DNA from: an uncultured Pelagibacteraceae bacterium
GTDB lineage: Bacteria > Pseudomonadota > Alphaproteobacteria > Pelagibacterales > AG-422-B15
Reading direction: 5' to 3'
Assembly: GCA_902588785.1 (NCBI GenBank)
Contig: CACIQL010000002.1
Span: forward strand, 57,087-121,086
DNA length: 64,000 nucleotides
Shown one piece after another: positions 20,107 through 31,435 of the stretch. Numbering within the stretch: position 1 is the stretch's first letter; the number at the start of each line of letters is the position of its first letter. A program made the translations under genes and the position numbers. The notes beneath the pieces are model-generated. The model was not told where the DNA came from and searched no databases. It saw nothing but the letters and a program-made list of their open reading frames with translations.

Positions 20107-20544
20107 TTGCAAATAGCAGTTCAAAACAGAAAAGCAAAGTATAATTATACATTTGTTGAATTATTTGAGGCAGGAATTGAACTACAAGGCAGTGAGATAA
20201 AATCGCTTCGAAATGGAAGAGTTGAGATCGCCGAGTCATATGCAAGGGAAGATAATAGTGAAATATTTTTAATAAACTCACATTTTTCAAAATATTCTAA
20301 TGCTTCATATCTAAATCATGTTGAAAACCGTCCACGAAAGTTACTTTTACATAAAAAAGAAATCAGAAAAATCATTGGAAAATTAAATAAAGAGTCACTT
20401 ACTTTGATCCCAACAAAAATATACTTCAATAAAAAAGGTAAGGCAAAGTTGGAAATTGCTCTTGCTAAAGGAAAAAAACTACATGATAAAAGAGACTCAA
20501 AAAAAAGAAAAGATTGGGTTAGGGAGAAAAAAAAGTACGGATGA
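20107..20544 (+). CDS. smpB: SsrA-binding protein
   Basis: 145 aa. NRKAKYNY...[13 protein letters not shown] and a basic C-terminal tail. TTG start. Confidence 0.9.
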   Translation: MQIAVQNRKAKYNYTFVELFEAGIELQGSEIKSLRNGRVEIAESYAREDNSEIFLINSHFSKYSNASYLNHVENRPRKLLLHKKEIRKIIGKLNKESLTLIPTKIYFNKKGKAKLEIALAKGKKLHDKRDSKKRKDWVREKKKYG

Positions 20545-21059
20545 TTTATGCTTTAGGAATTGGGTCAAATTCTAACTCAAGATTTGGTAATAAATTAAAT
20601 ACACTTAAATTTGTTTTAAAAGAATTGGAGCGTAACAATATCAAAGTAATAAAAAAGTCCAAATTATATTCATCGCCACCTAAAAATTTTAAAACTGCTG
20701 CCGAAACCTTTTTAAACGCTGCTTTAGTTGTTGAAACAAAATTAAAACCTAAAAATTTACTAATAATTTTAAAAAAAATTGAAAGAATTACTGGAAGATA
20801 TGCCTACCGTAAAAATACTTCTCGGACATGTGATTTGGATATTCTTTTACTAAGTAGGTCCAGCAAAATATTGATAAATGATAAAAAAAATTCTATTGAA
20901 ATTCCACATCCAAGACTTCATGAGAGAAATTTTGTATTAAAGCCTTTAATGGACATTTGTCCTGGATGGCTTCACTCTGAAAAAAAATCATCAATTATGA
21001 GGCTTCATAAAAGCTTACATATTGAAGATAAATTATACAAAGTCTCTAATACCTTATAA
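20541..21059 (+). CDS. folK: 2-amino-4-hydroxy-6-hydroxymethyldihydropteridine pyrophosphokinase
   Basis: 172 aa. CDLDILL and [15 protein letters not shown] motifs. Confidence 0.88.
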   Translation: MIYALGIGSNSNSRFGNKLNTLKFVLKELERNNIKVIKKSKLYSSPPKNFKTAAETFLNAALVVETKLKPKNLLIILKKIERITGRYAYRKNTSRTCDLDILLLSRSSKILINDKKNSIEIPHPRLHERNFVLKPLMDICPGWLHSEKKSSIMRLHKSLHIEDKLYKVSNTL

Positions 21060-21114
21060 ATAGTCAATTATTTTGGGCTTCACTTAGTATATAATGTATG
21101 ATTAATAGTGCATT

Positions 21115-23244
21115 ATGGCACAAACAACAGTCTATAAACCTGCAAAACCAATTGATAAGAATCTTGATTCTAAATTAATAGAAAAAGCTTATTCTTTTGC
21201 AGTAGAATGTCACAAGTCACAAAAAAGACATTCAGGAGATCCTTATATTTCTCACCCAGTTGCAGTTGCAGATATTTTATTAAACTTAAAGTTAGATACT
21301 TCCACAATTATAACGGGCCTATTACATGACACACTTGAGGATACTCTTGCTACAGAAAATGAAATTGAGGAAAAATTTGGGAAAGAAGTCCTTCAATTAG
21401 TAAACGGCGTTACAAAACTATCAAAAATTGAAACGTATACTGAAAACAAATTTCAGGCTGAAAATTTCAGAAAATTAATTTTAGCAATGTCGAAGGATAT
21501 CAGAGTTTTGTTAGTTAAGCTAGCTGACCGTTTGCACAATATGAGAACGATTCAATTTATTCCACAAGAAAAAAGACGACAACGTATTGCATCGGAAACA
21601 TTAGAAATCTATGCTCCCCTTGCTGGAAGATTGGGAATGCATGAATTCAAAGATGAGCTGGAAGATTTGTCATTTCAAATTTTAAATCCATCAGCATATT
21701 CCTCACTGATGACAAGAATTGAGTATTTAAAGAAAGATAAATCTAATTTAACTGATAAAATAAAGACAAGGATCTTTAGTCTTTTAGAAAAAAATGAAAT
21801 TGATTGTCAAATAATAGGACGTGAAAAAAAAATCTTCTCTGTATGGAATAAAATGCAGAATAAGCAAATTGCTTTTAGACAATTGTCGGATATTTTTGCT
21901 TATAGGATTATCACTAATAGCATCGAAGATTGTTATAGTATATTAGGCATCATTCATAACCGGTGGTCTGCTGTACCAGGCTCATTTAAGGATTATATAT
22001 CTACACCAAAAATAAATAATTATCAGTCAATTCATACAACGATTGTCGGCCCTGAAAGACAGAGAGTTGAACTTCAAATTCGAACGAATGAAATGAACAC
22101 TATAGCAGATAAGGGTATAGCCGCGCACTGGAGTTATAAAGAGAACTATAATTTAGTAAATAATTCCTCTTCAGATCCAGTTAATGTTACTTGGTTAAGA
22201 GACTTAGTGGAAATTTTAGACAGCGGTGGAAGCTCTGAGGAGTTGCTTGAAGCCACAAAATTAGAAATGTTCCAGGATCAAGTGTTTTGCTTTACACCGA
22301 AAGGTGACTTAATTCATCTGCCTGCAAATTCTAACTCAATCGATTTTGCATATGCCCTTCACTCTGAAATTGGCAATCGCTGTGTTGGATGCAAGATTAA
22401 TGGAAAACCAAGACCCTTGTTTACAAAACTTCAAAATGGAGATGAGATTGAAATACTAACATCAAAAAAACCATCTCCATCTGAAACTTGGGAAAATATT
22501 GTTACAACAGCAAAGGCGCAGTCATCAATTAAAAGATTTTTTAAAAAGCAGGAAAAAGATGAATTTACAGCTCTGGGATTAAAAATATTACACAAAGTTA
22601 CAGGTAGAAATGAAGATATCTCTAATACAGAAATAATTAATTTTGCAAAAAGTTTTAATAGAAAAAGTCCTGAGGAGTTTCTTGTTGCAATTGGCAAAGG
22701 AAGCATAAAGCCACATCAATTATCAAAGTTTAAGCCCCGTTCAACTTTATCATTTTTTTCTCGATATAGAAGAAGAGACACAAACGATAAGATGCCTTTA
22801 GAGATAAGCAACTTCCAACCTGGAATTGCAATTCATTATGCAGAATGTTGTTTCCCTTTGCCTAATGAAAATATTTTAGGACTTACATCAGAAGATTCAG
22901 GTATAATTATTCACTCTAGTTTATGTAAAGAGCTGGATAAAGAAACAAAGAAAGAGGATTGGATTACTGCTACATGGAAAGATGTGGACCCGAAACAGTA
23001 TTTTTCATCAAGAGTCAAAGTTTCAGTTAAAAATGAACCTGGATCTTTAGGTAAATTAGCGACCATTATTGGAAGTGCAGATGGAAATATAACTAACCTC
23101 AATATATCTGAAAAAGGTGATGATTATTTTGATATGATTTTTATTATTGACGTTCATAATCTTGATCATCTGGATAAGATTATAGAAACTCTCTCAGAGG
23201 TAGATATTGTAAGTACTGTGAGTAGGCTTTTGATAAATTTATGA
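21115..23244 (+). CDS. spoT: Bifunctional (p)ppGpp synthetase/hydrolase (RelA/SpoT homolog)
   Basis: 709 aa. HD domain (HSGDPYISHP, HDTLEDT), synthetase domain, TGS and C-terminal ACT-like domain. Confidence 0.93.
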   Translation: MAQTTVYKPAKPIDKNLDSKLIEKAYSFAVECHKSQKRHSGDPYISHPVAVADILLNLKLDTSTIITGLLHDTLEDTLATENEIEEKFGKEVLQLVNGVTKLSKIETYTENKFQAENFRKLILAMSKDIRVLLVKLADRLHNMRTIQFIPQEKRRQRIASETLEIYAPLAGRLGMHEFKDELEDLSFQILNPSAYSSLMTRIEYLKKDKSNLTDKIKTRIFSLLEKNEIDCQIIGREKKIFSVWNKMQNKQIAFRQLSDIFAYRIITNSIEDCYSILGIIHNRWSAVPGSFKDYISTPKINNYQSIHTTIVGPERQRVELQIRTNEMNTIADKGIAAHWSYKENYNLVNNSSSDPVNVTWLRDLVEILDSGGSSEELLEATKLEMFQDQVFCFTPKGDLIHLPANSNSIDFAYALHSEIGNRCVGCKINGKPRPLFTKLQNGDEIEILTSKKPSPSETWENIVTTAKAQSSIKRFFKKQEKDEFTALGLKILHKVTGRNEDISNTEIINFAKSFNRKSPEEFLVAIGKGSIKPHQLSKFKPRSTLSFFSRYRRRDTNDKMPLEISNFQPGIAIHYAECCFPLPNENILGLTSEDSGIIIHSSLCKELDKETKKEDWITATWKDVDPKQYFSSRVKVSVKNEPGSLGKLATIIGSADGNITNLNISEKGDDYFDMIFIIDVHNLDHLDKIIETLSEVDIVSTVSRLLINL

Positions 23245-23825
23245 AAACTGAAAAAGAAATAATAGATTTTTTTGAGAAAGTAAAAGCTATTCAAAATGGA
23301 CACTTCATACTCTCATCGGGAAAAAGATCTAAAATTTATTGCCAGTGTTCTAAGTTATTCGAGGACCCTCGAAATGGAGAGATGGTCTGTGATGAATTAA
23401 AGCACAGGGTGCAAGAAAATATTAGTGACAAGATTGATTATGTGATTTCTCCTGCTTTAGGAGGTCTTCTTGTAGGCTATGAGCTTGCAAGATCTTTAGG
23501 ATCTAAATTCATATTTTATGAAAGAATTGATAATGAATTTGAATTGAGGAGAGGCTTTAATATTCAAGAAAATACAAACGTCTTGTTCGTAGAGGATGTT
23601 ATAACAACTGGGAAATCAACAAACGAATGTTTAGAAAAACTACAACCCCTAAATATTAATTTATTAGGCATCGCAGCAATCGTTGATCGTTCAAATCATA
23701 AATTATTTAAAAATTACGATGTTATATCAGTTCTAAAACTTGATATTCCAATTTATGATCCTGATAACCTCCCAGATGATCTTAATAAAATACCTGCTAC
23801 AAAACCTGGCAGTAGAGTAATATAA
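23241..23825 (+). CDS. pyrE: Orotate phosphoribosyltransferase
   Basis: 194 aa. PRPP-binding loop VLFVEDVITTGKS. Confidence 0.88.
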   Translation: MKTEKEIIDFFEKVKAIQNGHFILSSGKRSKIYCQCSKLFEDPRNGEMVCDELKHRVQENISDKIDYVISPALGGLLVGYELARSLGSKFIFYERIDNEFELRRGFNIQENTNVLFVEDVITTGKSTNECLEKLQPLNINLLGIAAIVDRSNHKLFKNYDVISVLKLDIPIYDPDNLPDDLNKIPATKPGSRVI

Positions 23826-24566
23826 ATGAGTCTACCTCGTCTTGGTGTAAATATTGATCATGTAGCAACTCTACGAAATGCTAGAGGAGAAAACTATCCA
23901 AGCCCATTAAGAGCTGCCCTTTTGTGCCAAGAATATGGAGCAGATGGCATAACTACGCATCTAAGAGAAGATAGGCGTCATATAAGAGACGATGATATTA
24001 ATGAAATTATAAATAATATTTCCATTCCATTAAATTTTGAAATGGCGCCAACTGATGAAATGGTTGACATAGCAGTGAATGCAGGTCCGAATGCATGTTG
24101 TATTGTTCCAGAAAAAAGAGAAGAAATAACTACTGAAGGTGGAATAGATGTAAGAAATAATCATAATATTCTCGTGCCAAAAATTGAAAAGATAAAAAAA
24201 AATAACATAAGGGTCTCTTTGTTTATAGACGCTTCAACGGACCAAATCAAAATGGCCAAAGAGATTGGAGCTGACATTGTTGAGCTTCATACAGGAGAAT
24301 TTTGCCGTAAAATAAACTATAAGGAAGATGCCTCATCAGAACTTGAAAGGATTAAAGAAGCAGCAGATTTTAGTAATAGCATTGGACTTGAACTACATCT
24401 TGGTCATGGAATTACATTCGATTCTGTAGGGGAACTATCTAAGATAAAGGAAGTGAAAGAGTTTAACATTGGACATTTTATCATTTCTGAGTCAGTTTTT
24501 CTTGGACTAGAAAAGTCAATAAGTAAATTTAGAGAACTGATAAAAAAAGGAAGGGAAATTCAGTGA
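23826..24566 (+). CDS. pdxJ: Pyridoxine 5'-phosphate synthase
   Basis: 246 aa. LGVNIDHVATLRNARG, HLREDRRHI, ELHTG. Confidence 0.95.
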   Translation: MSLPRLGVNIDHVATLRNARGENYPSPLRAALLCQEYGADGITTHLREDRRHIRDDDINEIINNISIPLNFEMAPTDEMVDIAVNAGPNACCIVPEKREEITTEGGIDVRNNHNILVPKIEKIKKNNIRVSLFIDASTDQIKMAKEIGADIVELHTGEFCRKINYKEDASSELERIKEAADFSNSIGLELHLGHGITFDSVGELSKIKEVKEFNIGHFIISESVFLGLEKSISKFRELIKKGREIQ

Positions 24567-24943
24567 TAGGCCTAGGATCAGATTTAATTGATATACGCAG
24601 AATAGAAAACACACTTTCCAAGTTTGGAGATAGGTTTAAAAAAAGAATTTTTACAGAAAATGAGATAAAAAAATGTGAAAGAAGAAAAGAAAGTGCAGCT
24701 TGTTACGCTAAAAGGTTTGCAGCTAAGGAAGCTGCGGCAAAGGCTCTTGGTACAGGTTTTAGAAATGGAGTATTTTGGAGAGATTTAGAAGTTACCAATC
24801 TACCCTCAGGAAAACCTACAATTACTTTTCATGGAAATTCTCAACTTCAACTCAAAAAAATTGCGAACGATAAGGAGCCAGACATAAGTTTAACAATTAC
24901 TGACGAGTTTCCTTACGCTCAAGCAGTTGTAACAATTGATTAA
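24563..24943 (+). CDS. acpS: Holo-(acyl-carrier-protein) synthase
   Basis: 126 aa. GSDLIDIRRI, FAAKEAAAKALG. GTG start overlaps the pdxJ stop. Confidence 0.92.
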   Translation: MIGLGSDLIDIRRIENTLSKFGDRFKKRIFTENEIKKCERRKESAACYAKRFAAKEAAAKALGTGFRNGVFWRDLEVTNLPSGKPTITFHGNSQLQLKKIANDKEPDISLTITDEFPYAQAVVTID

Positions 24944-25682
24944 TTTAATGACTGATAAATTTCTTAGTAAATCATGGTTTAAATCAAATTTGTTAACATT
25001 GATTTATGCATTGTTAATAGCTTTATTGATCAGAACTTTTTTATTTCAACCATTTTTTATTCCCTCTTCCTCGATGGAGCCAAACTTACTTATTGGTGAT
25101 CGGTTATTTGCTTCAAAGTACGATTATGGCTACAGTAAACATTCATTTCCATTTAGTCTTGGGCCAATATCAGATCGAGTTTTATCAACAAATCCAGAAA
25201 GAGGAGATGTTATAATATTTAAACCGCCTCACACTAATTTGGACTATATTAAAAGATTAGTAGGTATGCCGGGTGATATTATTAAAGTTAAAGATGGTAA
25301 ATTAATCATTAATGGTGAAAGCGCTAAATATAAAGAATTAAGAGAGGATACGAAAATTTTAAAAAATGGACGCGTAGTAAAAGCAAGAGTTCTCATTGAA
25401 ACTTTACCAAATGGAAAATCATATGAAATTTATAATTATATAGACGGATCCCCTGGCGATAACACCAATGAAATCATTGTTCCTAACGACAGTTACTTTT
25501 TCCTAGGTGATAATAGAGATAATTCAAATGATAGCCGATTTTGGGGCTCTGTAAACTTTAATAGATTAGTAGGTAAGGCACAAATTATATTTTTTTCAAC
25601 TGAAGGTGGTTCAAAATTTTATGAAATTTGGAAGTGGCCTTTTGATATACAATTTAAAAGGTTGCTTAAGCTAATAAGTTAA
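24936..25682 (+). CDS. lepB: Signal peptidase I
   Basis: SSSMEPNL (catalytic Ser), IKRLVGMPGD (Lys), GDNRDNSNDSR. Start is either TTG at 24936 or ATG at 24948. Confidence 0.92.
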   Translation: MINLMTDKFLSKSWFKSNLLTLIYALLIALLIRTFLFQPFFIPSSSMEPNLLIGDRLFASKYDYGYSKHSFPFSLGPISDRVLSTNPERGDVIIFKPPHTNLDYIKRLVGMPGDIIKVKDGKLIINGESAKYKELREDTKILKNGRVVKARVLIETLPNGKSYEIYNYIDGSPGDNTNEIIVPNDSYFFLGDNRDNSNDSRFWGSVNFNRLVGKAQIIFFSTEGGSKFYEIWKWPFDIQFKRLLKLIS

Positions 25683-26362
25683 TGGCAAAAAATTTATCAA
25701 TTTTAGAAAAAAAAATTTCCTACAAATTTAAAGACAAAACCCTATTAAGACGGGCAGTCACACATAAGAGTTTCAAAAAACTAGAAAGTAATGAAAATTT
25801 AGAATTTCTCGGTGATAGGGTGTTAGGATTAGTAATTTCAGAAAAACTTTTATTAGATAAACCAGGTAAACAAGAGGGTTCTCTCGACAAAATGCTAAGT
25901 AGTCTGGTAGATAGAAATGCCTGCCATGAAATATCAAAAAAAATATCCCTTGGAGATTTTATTCTTTTAGGACAAACTGAAAAATCATCACGTGGTAACA
26001 ATAAAAAAAGCATTCTATCTGATGCATGTGAAGCATTGTTGGGAGCAATATATTTAGACTCTAGTTTTACTCAAGTAAGAAAAGTTATATTAGCATTATG
26101 GAAAAAAAAATTTGATAATATTGCTGAAGATATTATTGATTCAAAATCAAAGCTGCAAGAGTGGACTCTAAAAAAATATAAAACCCTTCCTAAGTATAAA
26201 ACAATCAGTAAAACTGGTCCTGACCATAATCCTAAATTTAAAATTCAAGTTGAATTTATGAATTATAAAAAAGCTATAGGAACTTCTTCATCAATTAAAG
26301 AGTCAGAAAAAAATGCTGCACTTGCTTTCATAGAGAAAAATAAGATAAATTCTATTAAATGA
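25682..26362 (+). CDS. rnc: Ribonuclease III
   Basis: 226 aa. RNase III signature NENLEFLGDRVLG and a C-terminal dsRBD. Confidence 0.93.
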   Translation: MAKNLSILEKKISYKFKDKTLLRRAVTHKSFKKLESNENLEFLGDRVLGLVISEKLLLDKPGKQEGSLDKMLSSLVDRNACHEISKKISLGDFILLGQTEKSSRGNNKKSILSDACEALLGAIYLDSSFTQVRKVILALWKKKFDNIAEDIIDSKSKLQEWTLKKYKTLPKYKTISKTGPDHNPKFKIQVEFMNYKKAIGTSSSIKESEKNAALAFIEKNKINSIK

Positions 26363-27207
26363 AGAGTGGAAACATTGTATTAATTGGACCAACAAATTCT
26401 GGAAAGTCATCTCTTGTTAATAAAATAATGGGACAGCGGGTATCACTTGTTTCAAGGAAAAAACAGTCAACTACATTTAATCAAAAGGTTTATAAGAAAT
26501 TCTCTGAAAACGAATTTATTATCCAAGATACTCCAGGCTTTTTTTCGAGTAGAAAAAAAATTAATAATAACATAATCTCATCTCCTCTTGCGGAAATTGA
26601 GACTTCAGATTTAATTTACGTTGTCGTAGATATATCGCTAAGAATTAATAATGAATATAAAAAAATTATTAACTCTCTAGAAAATAAAATTGAAAAACAG
26701 CATGTATTTTTAATACTAAATAAAATAGACAAAGTTAAGAAAGATAAAGTACTTAGCGCAATTAAATTTTATTCAAAAGAAAAAATATTTAATGAAATAT
26801 TTCCAATCTCAAGTCTTACAGGTGAAGGAGTTGCAAATCTCATAAAATTTTCAAAGAAATTTACTATTAAAACTTCAATAAAAAGCAAGCCCTCTAGTAA
26901 TTTACAGATTAAGAAGAAGCTATTTTACTCAGAAGTAACACGAGAAAAAATACTAGATAAGATACATAGGGAGATACCTTATCAGTGTGATGTCGTAACT
27001 GAAAAGATTAATAAGGTTGCAAGTCAAATCAAAATTTACCAATCGATTGTAGTTAAAAGACAATCACATAAGAATATACTTGTTGGAAAGAAAGGTTCAA
27101 TGTTGAAAGAAATTGGTCAAGCTTCAAGAAAAGAAATTGCAAGATTTGAAAACAAAAAGATTCACCTATTTTTATTTGTAAAGCTGGCTAAAGAAAAGAA
27201 AATATGA
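26359..27207 (+). CDS. era: GTPase Era
   Basis: 282 aa. G1 GPTNSGKSS, G3 DTPG, G4 NKID, and a C-terminal KH domain (VGKKGSMLKEIG). Confidence 0.9.
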   Translation: MKSGNIVLIGPTNSGKSSLVNKIMGQRVSLVSRKKQSTTFNQKVYKKFSENEFIIQDTPGFFSSRKKINNNIISSPLAEIETSDLIYVVVDISLRINNEYKKIINSLENKIEKQHVFLILNKIDKVKKDKVLSAIKFYSKEKIFNEIFPISSLTGEGVANLIKFSKKFTIKTSIKSKPSSNLQIKKKLFYSEVTREKILDKIHREIPYQCDVVTEKINKVASQIKIYQSIVVKRQSHKNILVGKKGSMLKEIGQASRKEIARFENKKIHLFLFVKLAKEKKI

Positions 27208-27926
27208 GGTGGTCTGGAACAGGATTTGTATTAGGATTTAAAAAATATAATGAGTCATCCTATATTTTAGATACGTTTACAGAAGACCATGGAAGGCATA
27301 AGGGATTAATTAGAGGAATACACTCAAAAAACTTACGTGCAGTAATAGAGCCAGGAAATGAAGTAATGTTAAATTGGTCTGGACGTTTAGAAAGCCACTT
27401 GGGTAATTATACTGTTGAACCTATTAAATTGTGGTCATCTTATATACTGAATCGTAAAGTAAATTTGCATGGGATAAATTCTATTTGTTCAATAATTATA
27501 TCTACTATGGCAGAGAAACAGCAAAATGCGTTTATGTATGAAAAATCACTAAGTCTAATAAAAGATATATGTAAAAATAAAGAAGATTGGATCAAAAGCT
27601 ATATTTTTTGGGAAATTGATTTACTGTCAGATATCGGTTACGGGCTAGATTTAACTGAATGTGCAGTAACATCTGAGAAAGAAAATTTAAAGTTTGTTTC
27701 GCCAAGTAGTGGAAGGGCTGTAACCATAGAAGGAGCAGGATCTTATAAAGATAAACTATTTAAACTACCCAACTTTTTAATCAACAGATCGTCTGAATAT
27801 AATAATGAGGATTTAGAGAACGCACTTAGTCTGACAGAGCATTTTTTTCGTAAGAGATTTTATGAACCAAATAATCTTAATTTCCCAAAAAGCAGGAATC
27901 ATCTAAAAATTTCAATTATAAAATGA
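27204..27926 (+). CDS. recO: DNA repair protein RecO
   Basis: 240 aa. Conserved position after era, N-terminal OB-like region, GYGLDLTEC motif. Confidence 0.82.
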   Translation: MRWSGTGFVLGFKKYNESSYILDTFTEDHGRHKGLIRGIHSKNLRAVIEPGNEVMLNWSGRLESHLGNYTVEPIKLWSSYILNRKVNLHGINSICSIIISTMAEKQQNAFMYEKSLSLIKDICKNKEDWIKSYIFWEIDLLSDIGYGLDLTECAVTSEKENLKFVSPSSGRAVTIEGAGSYKDKLFKLPNFLINRSSEYNNEDLENALSLTEHFFRKRFYEPNNLNFPKSRNHLKISIIK

Positions 27927-30127
27927 ATATCAAAAACATTAACTTCACTGACGCGTTAGAAGAAAAGTATCTAGCATACGCACTCTCAACAATTACTCAT
28001 CGAGCGCTACCAGATATTCGTGATGGGCTAAAGCCAGTTCATAGAAGGCTATTGTTTGCAATGTTTCAATTAAGGTTAAACTCAAGTTCTGGTTTTAAGA
28101 AATCAGCAAGAATAGTTGGCGATGTAATTGGTAAATTTCACCCACACGGAGATCAGTCTGTTTACGAAGCGCTCGTGAGATTAGCTCAGAATTTTTCAAC
28201 AAGGTATCCGTTAGTTGACGGCCAAGGAAATTTTGGCAACATTGATGGAGATAATGCAGCTGCAATGAGATATACAGAGGCAAGATTGACTGCGTTAGCA
28301 GAACTGATGCTAAAAGATATATCAGAGGATACCATTGATTATATCAATACATATGATGGCATCGATCACGAGCCAATAGTTCTTCCATCAGCGTTTCCAA
28401 ATTTGCTAGCTAATGGAAGTTCAGGAATTGCAGTTGGAATGGCAACAAATATTCCTCCCCATAACATCAATGAATTGTTTAAGGCTTTATCAAAATTATT
28501 AAAAAATCCAAATTATACTAACTCACAATTACTAAAGCTTATTCCGGGACCAGATTTTCCAACAGGAGGCGAAATCATTGACAGTGATAATGCATTGAAA
28601 GATGCCTATGTTAAAGGAAAGGGAACAATAAGGCTTCGGGCAAGATGGAAAAAAGAAGATCTTGGAAGAGGTCAATATCAAATCATCGTCTATGAAATTC
28701 CCTATCAAGTAAACAAAGCTAGAATTATAGAAAAAATATCTGATCTTATTGATAATAAGAAAGCAAATTACCTAGAGGCAATTCAAGATGAGTCTGCAGA
28801 AGACATCAGAATAGTTCTCATTCCAAAAAATAGAAGTTTTAAAGCTGAAGTAATTTTTGAGGATTTATGTAAGAATTCAGATTTAGAAATTAGATACGCC
28901 ATCAATTTTAATGCGATAAATCACAAACTCGAGCCAAAATTATTCTCAATTAAAGAGAGCCTTAAATCATTCATTGACCATAGATTTAATGTTTTAAAGA
29001 GAAGGACAAAATATAGATTAATTCAAACCGAGAATAGACTAGAAATACTCAAAGGCTTTTTAATAGTTTATAAAAATTTAAATAAAGTAATAAAAATTAT
29101 TAGAACAGAGGAAGATCCTGAAAAAAAGTTGATTAGCGTATTTAGAATAAATAAGAGGCAAGCCGAAGCAATACTGGCAATGAGGCTAAGGCAGTTAAAA
29201 AAATTAGAAGAAAAAGAAATCAAAAAAGAAAATGAAGATTTGAATACATACAAGAAAGAATTAAACAAACTACTAAAATCAAAAAAAGAGCAAATTAAGG
29301 AATTAAATTTAGAATTCTCAAAAAGTTTAGAAATATTTTCAAAAGATGAAAATGCTACAAATAGAAAAACTATTGTAAATAAAGAATATAAAGAAATTGA
29401 CTACTCGACTGAAGAATTTGAAAGTAAAGATCCCATAACAGTGATACTCTCAAAAAATGGATGGATAAAAACTATAAAAGGGCATCAGGATGACTATACA
29501 AACGTGAAGTATAAAGAAGGTGATGCTGAGAAATTTATTATAAAATTAAAAAATAATAGTAAACTTCTGCTTTTTTCTACTTTAGGTAAATTTTATACAA
29601 TTAATTGTAATAAGATATCTGCAGGAAGAGGTTTTGGCGATCCTATCAGTCTTTTGATAGATAAAAATGATAATGAAGAAATTTTATTTGCAACCACTTA
29701 TGAGCAAGAGAGAGAATATCTAATTACCAGTAGTGCAGGAAAAGGATTTTTCGTAAATACCTCAGATTTAATGGCATCCACTAAATCGGGTAAAAGGGTC
29801 ATGAATTTAAAAGGTAATGATAAAGCCATCTCCTGTTTTCAAAAAAAAGGAGACTTAATAGCTGTTTTTAGTGGTGAAAAGAAAGCGGTAAAACTTCTAA
29901 TTTTTGATCATTCAGAAATACCTTTAATGCAAAAAGGAAGAGGAGTGACATTACAGAAATTCAAAAGTGGAAAAACTTTGAGTGGCATTTGCTTTGATTC
30001 TAAGGAAGGTATTTTAAATGAGAATAATGGTAAAACTCTATTGGCAGCTAATGAAATAAAAAAATGGCTAGGTAAAAGAGCTCAGGCTGGTAAAATTGAA
30101 CCTAAAAGTTTACATTCCAAAATTTAA
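27923..30127 (+). CDS. parC: DNA topoisomerase IV subunit A
   Basis: 734 aa. [15 protein letters not shown] and [10 protein letters not shown] (catalytic Tyr). No GyrA-box was recognised. Confidence 0.88.
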   Translation: MNIKNINFTDALEEKYLAYALSTITHRALPDIRDGLKPVHRRLLFAMFQLRLNSSSGFKKSARIVGDVIGKFHPHGDQSVYEALVRLAQNFSTRYPLVDGQGNFGNIDGDNAAAMRYTEARLTALAELMLKDISEDTIDYINTYDGIDHEPIVLPSAFPNLLANGSSGIAVGMATNIPPHNINELFKALSKLLKNPNYTNSQLLKLIPGPDFPTGGEIIDSDNALKDAYVKGKGTIRLRARWKKEDLGRGQYQIIVYEIPYQVNKARIIEKISDLIDNKKANYLEAIQDESAEDIRIVLIPKNRSFKAEVIFEDLCKNSDLEIRYAINFNAINHKLEPKLFSIKESLKSFIDHRFNVLKRRTKYRLIQTENRLEILKGFLIVYKNLNKVIKIIRTEEDPEKKLISVFRINKRQAEAILAMRLRQLKKLEEKEIKKENEDLNTYKKELNKLLKSKKEQIKELNLEFSKSLEIFSKDENATNRKTIVNKEYKEIDYSTEEFESKDPITVILSKNGWIKTIKGHQDDYTNVKYKEGDAEKFIIKLKNNSKLLLFSTLGKFYTINCNKISAGRGFGDPISLLIDKNDNEEILFATTYEQEREYLITSSAGKGFFVNTSDLMASTKSGKRVMNLKGNDKAISCFQKKGDLIAVFSGEKKAVKLLIFDHSEIPLMQKGRGVTLQKFKSGKTLSGICFDSKEGILNENNGKTLLAANEIKKWLGKRAQAGKIEPKSLHSKI

Positions 30128-30145
30128 TATCTATCTTAGTTTTAT

Positions 30146-31435
30146 ATGGAAAACTATCCAGACAGTTACTATGCACTAAATATAGAGACCCTAAAGAAAC
30201 CTTATGACCAACTAATTGATAACCATGAGTGTGACATCTGTGTAGTCGGTGGAGGCTTTTCAGGACTATCAACAGCTATTGAGGCTGCAAAAAAAGGACT
30301 AAAGGTAATTGTTATCGAGCAAAATTTATTTGGATGGGGCGCTTCGGGCAGAAACGGAGGCCAAATCTGGAATGACGTATCATGGGGTATAGACGTAATT
30401 GAGAAGAAATATGGAATTAAACTTGCAAGGCAAATCTGGGATATATCTCAAGCTTCTGTAGATTTAATTGATGACAGAATAAGGGAATTTGGCATTGAAT
30501 GTGATAAAAAAAATGGGGGAATTAGTGCCGCTACTAGCGCGGCCAAACTAAAAGAGTACGAAGAAAACAGAGAGTATAAAATAAAAACATACAACTATAA
30601 TAATTTAGAACTCCTTGACAAAAATAGCGTCGATAAAGAAATTGGTTCATCAATTTACTACGGGGGTGTCCTTGATAAAGGGGCAGGGCATTTACATCCA
30701 ATTAAATATGCATTGGGTTTAGTAAAAGCGGCAGAAAAATTAGATGTGAAACTTTATGAAAGATCTGCGGTTACGAAAATTAATCAATCAAGTCATACAG
30801 TTGAAGTACTAACAGATAAAGGTATGGTAAAAGCTAAAAAAATAGCAGTGTGTTGCAACGCCTATATAAAAGGTCTCAATTTAGGTATTGAAAATAGAAT
30901 AATGCCATGTGCTACTTACATTGTCTGTACTGAGCCATTAAGTCAAAATTTACAAAGAGAAATATTGCCAAACGATTATTGCGTTAGTGATACAAATTTT
31001 GATTTAAATTATTATAGATTGTCTGACAGCAAGAGAATGATATTTGGTGGTGCAGTAGGCTATTCACTAAAGATTGTAGAGGGATTAAAAAAGAGAACCA
31101 AGAAGCAATTAAATAAAGTATATCCAAATTTAAGTGAATTAAAAATTGACTATATTTGGGGGGGATTAATAGCGTTAACAATGAATAGGGTGCCTGACAT
31201 TGGGACGGTGAATGATAAAATTTATTATGCTCAAGGCTTCTCAGGACATGGAGTTGCATTAACTGGAATTGCTGGAAAGATTTTAGCAGAAAATATGGTA
31301 AGTGAAAAAACAAAGGAGCTCGAGGCATTTGAAAAGATTAAACACAAAAATTTTCCTGGAGGAAGATTGTTAAGAATGCCTTTGCTTGTAACCATAAGCT
31401 CTATGCAAAGAATGATGGATATTTTCAATGTATAA
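30146..31435 (+). CDS. FAD-dependent oxidoreductase (DAO family; gamma-glutamylputrescine oxidase-like)
   Basis: 429 aa. Dinucleotide fold DICVVGGGFSGLSTA...VIVIE. Confidence 0.75.
   Translation: MENYPDSYYALNIETLKKPYDQLIDNHECDICVVGGGFSGLSTAIEAAKKGLKVIVIEQNLFGWGASGRNGGQIWNDVSWGIDVIEKKYGIKLARQIWDISQASVDLIDDRIREFGIECDKKNGGISAATSAAKLKEYEENREYKIKTYNYNNLELLDKNSVDKEIGSSIYYGGVLDKGAGHLHPIKYALGLVKAAEKLDVKLYERSAVTKINQSSHTVEVLTDKGMVKAKKIAVCCNAYIKGLNLGIENRIMPCATYIVCTEPLSQNLQREILPNDYCVSDTNFDLNYYRLSDSKRMIFGGAVGYSLKIVEGLKKRTKKQLNKVYPNLSELKIDYIWGGLIALTMNRVPDIGTVNDKIYYAQGFSGHGVALTGIAGKILAENMVSEKTKELEAFEKIKHKNFPGGRLLRMPLLVTISSMQRMMDIFNV

Noticed and set aside
30984-31428. Two antisense ORFs (114 aa and 65 aa) inside the FAD-dependent oxidoreductase gene. 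Similar antisense or alternate-frame ORFs occur at 35218-35547, 38632-38856, 40042-40245, 44910-45215 and 48947-49237.
   Set aside because: All are fully embedded in, or opposite to, genes with clear homology. They have no start context or motifs and are treated as non-coding.
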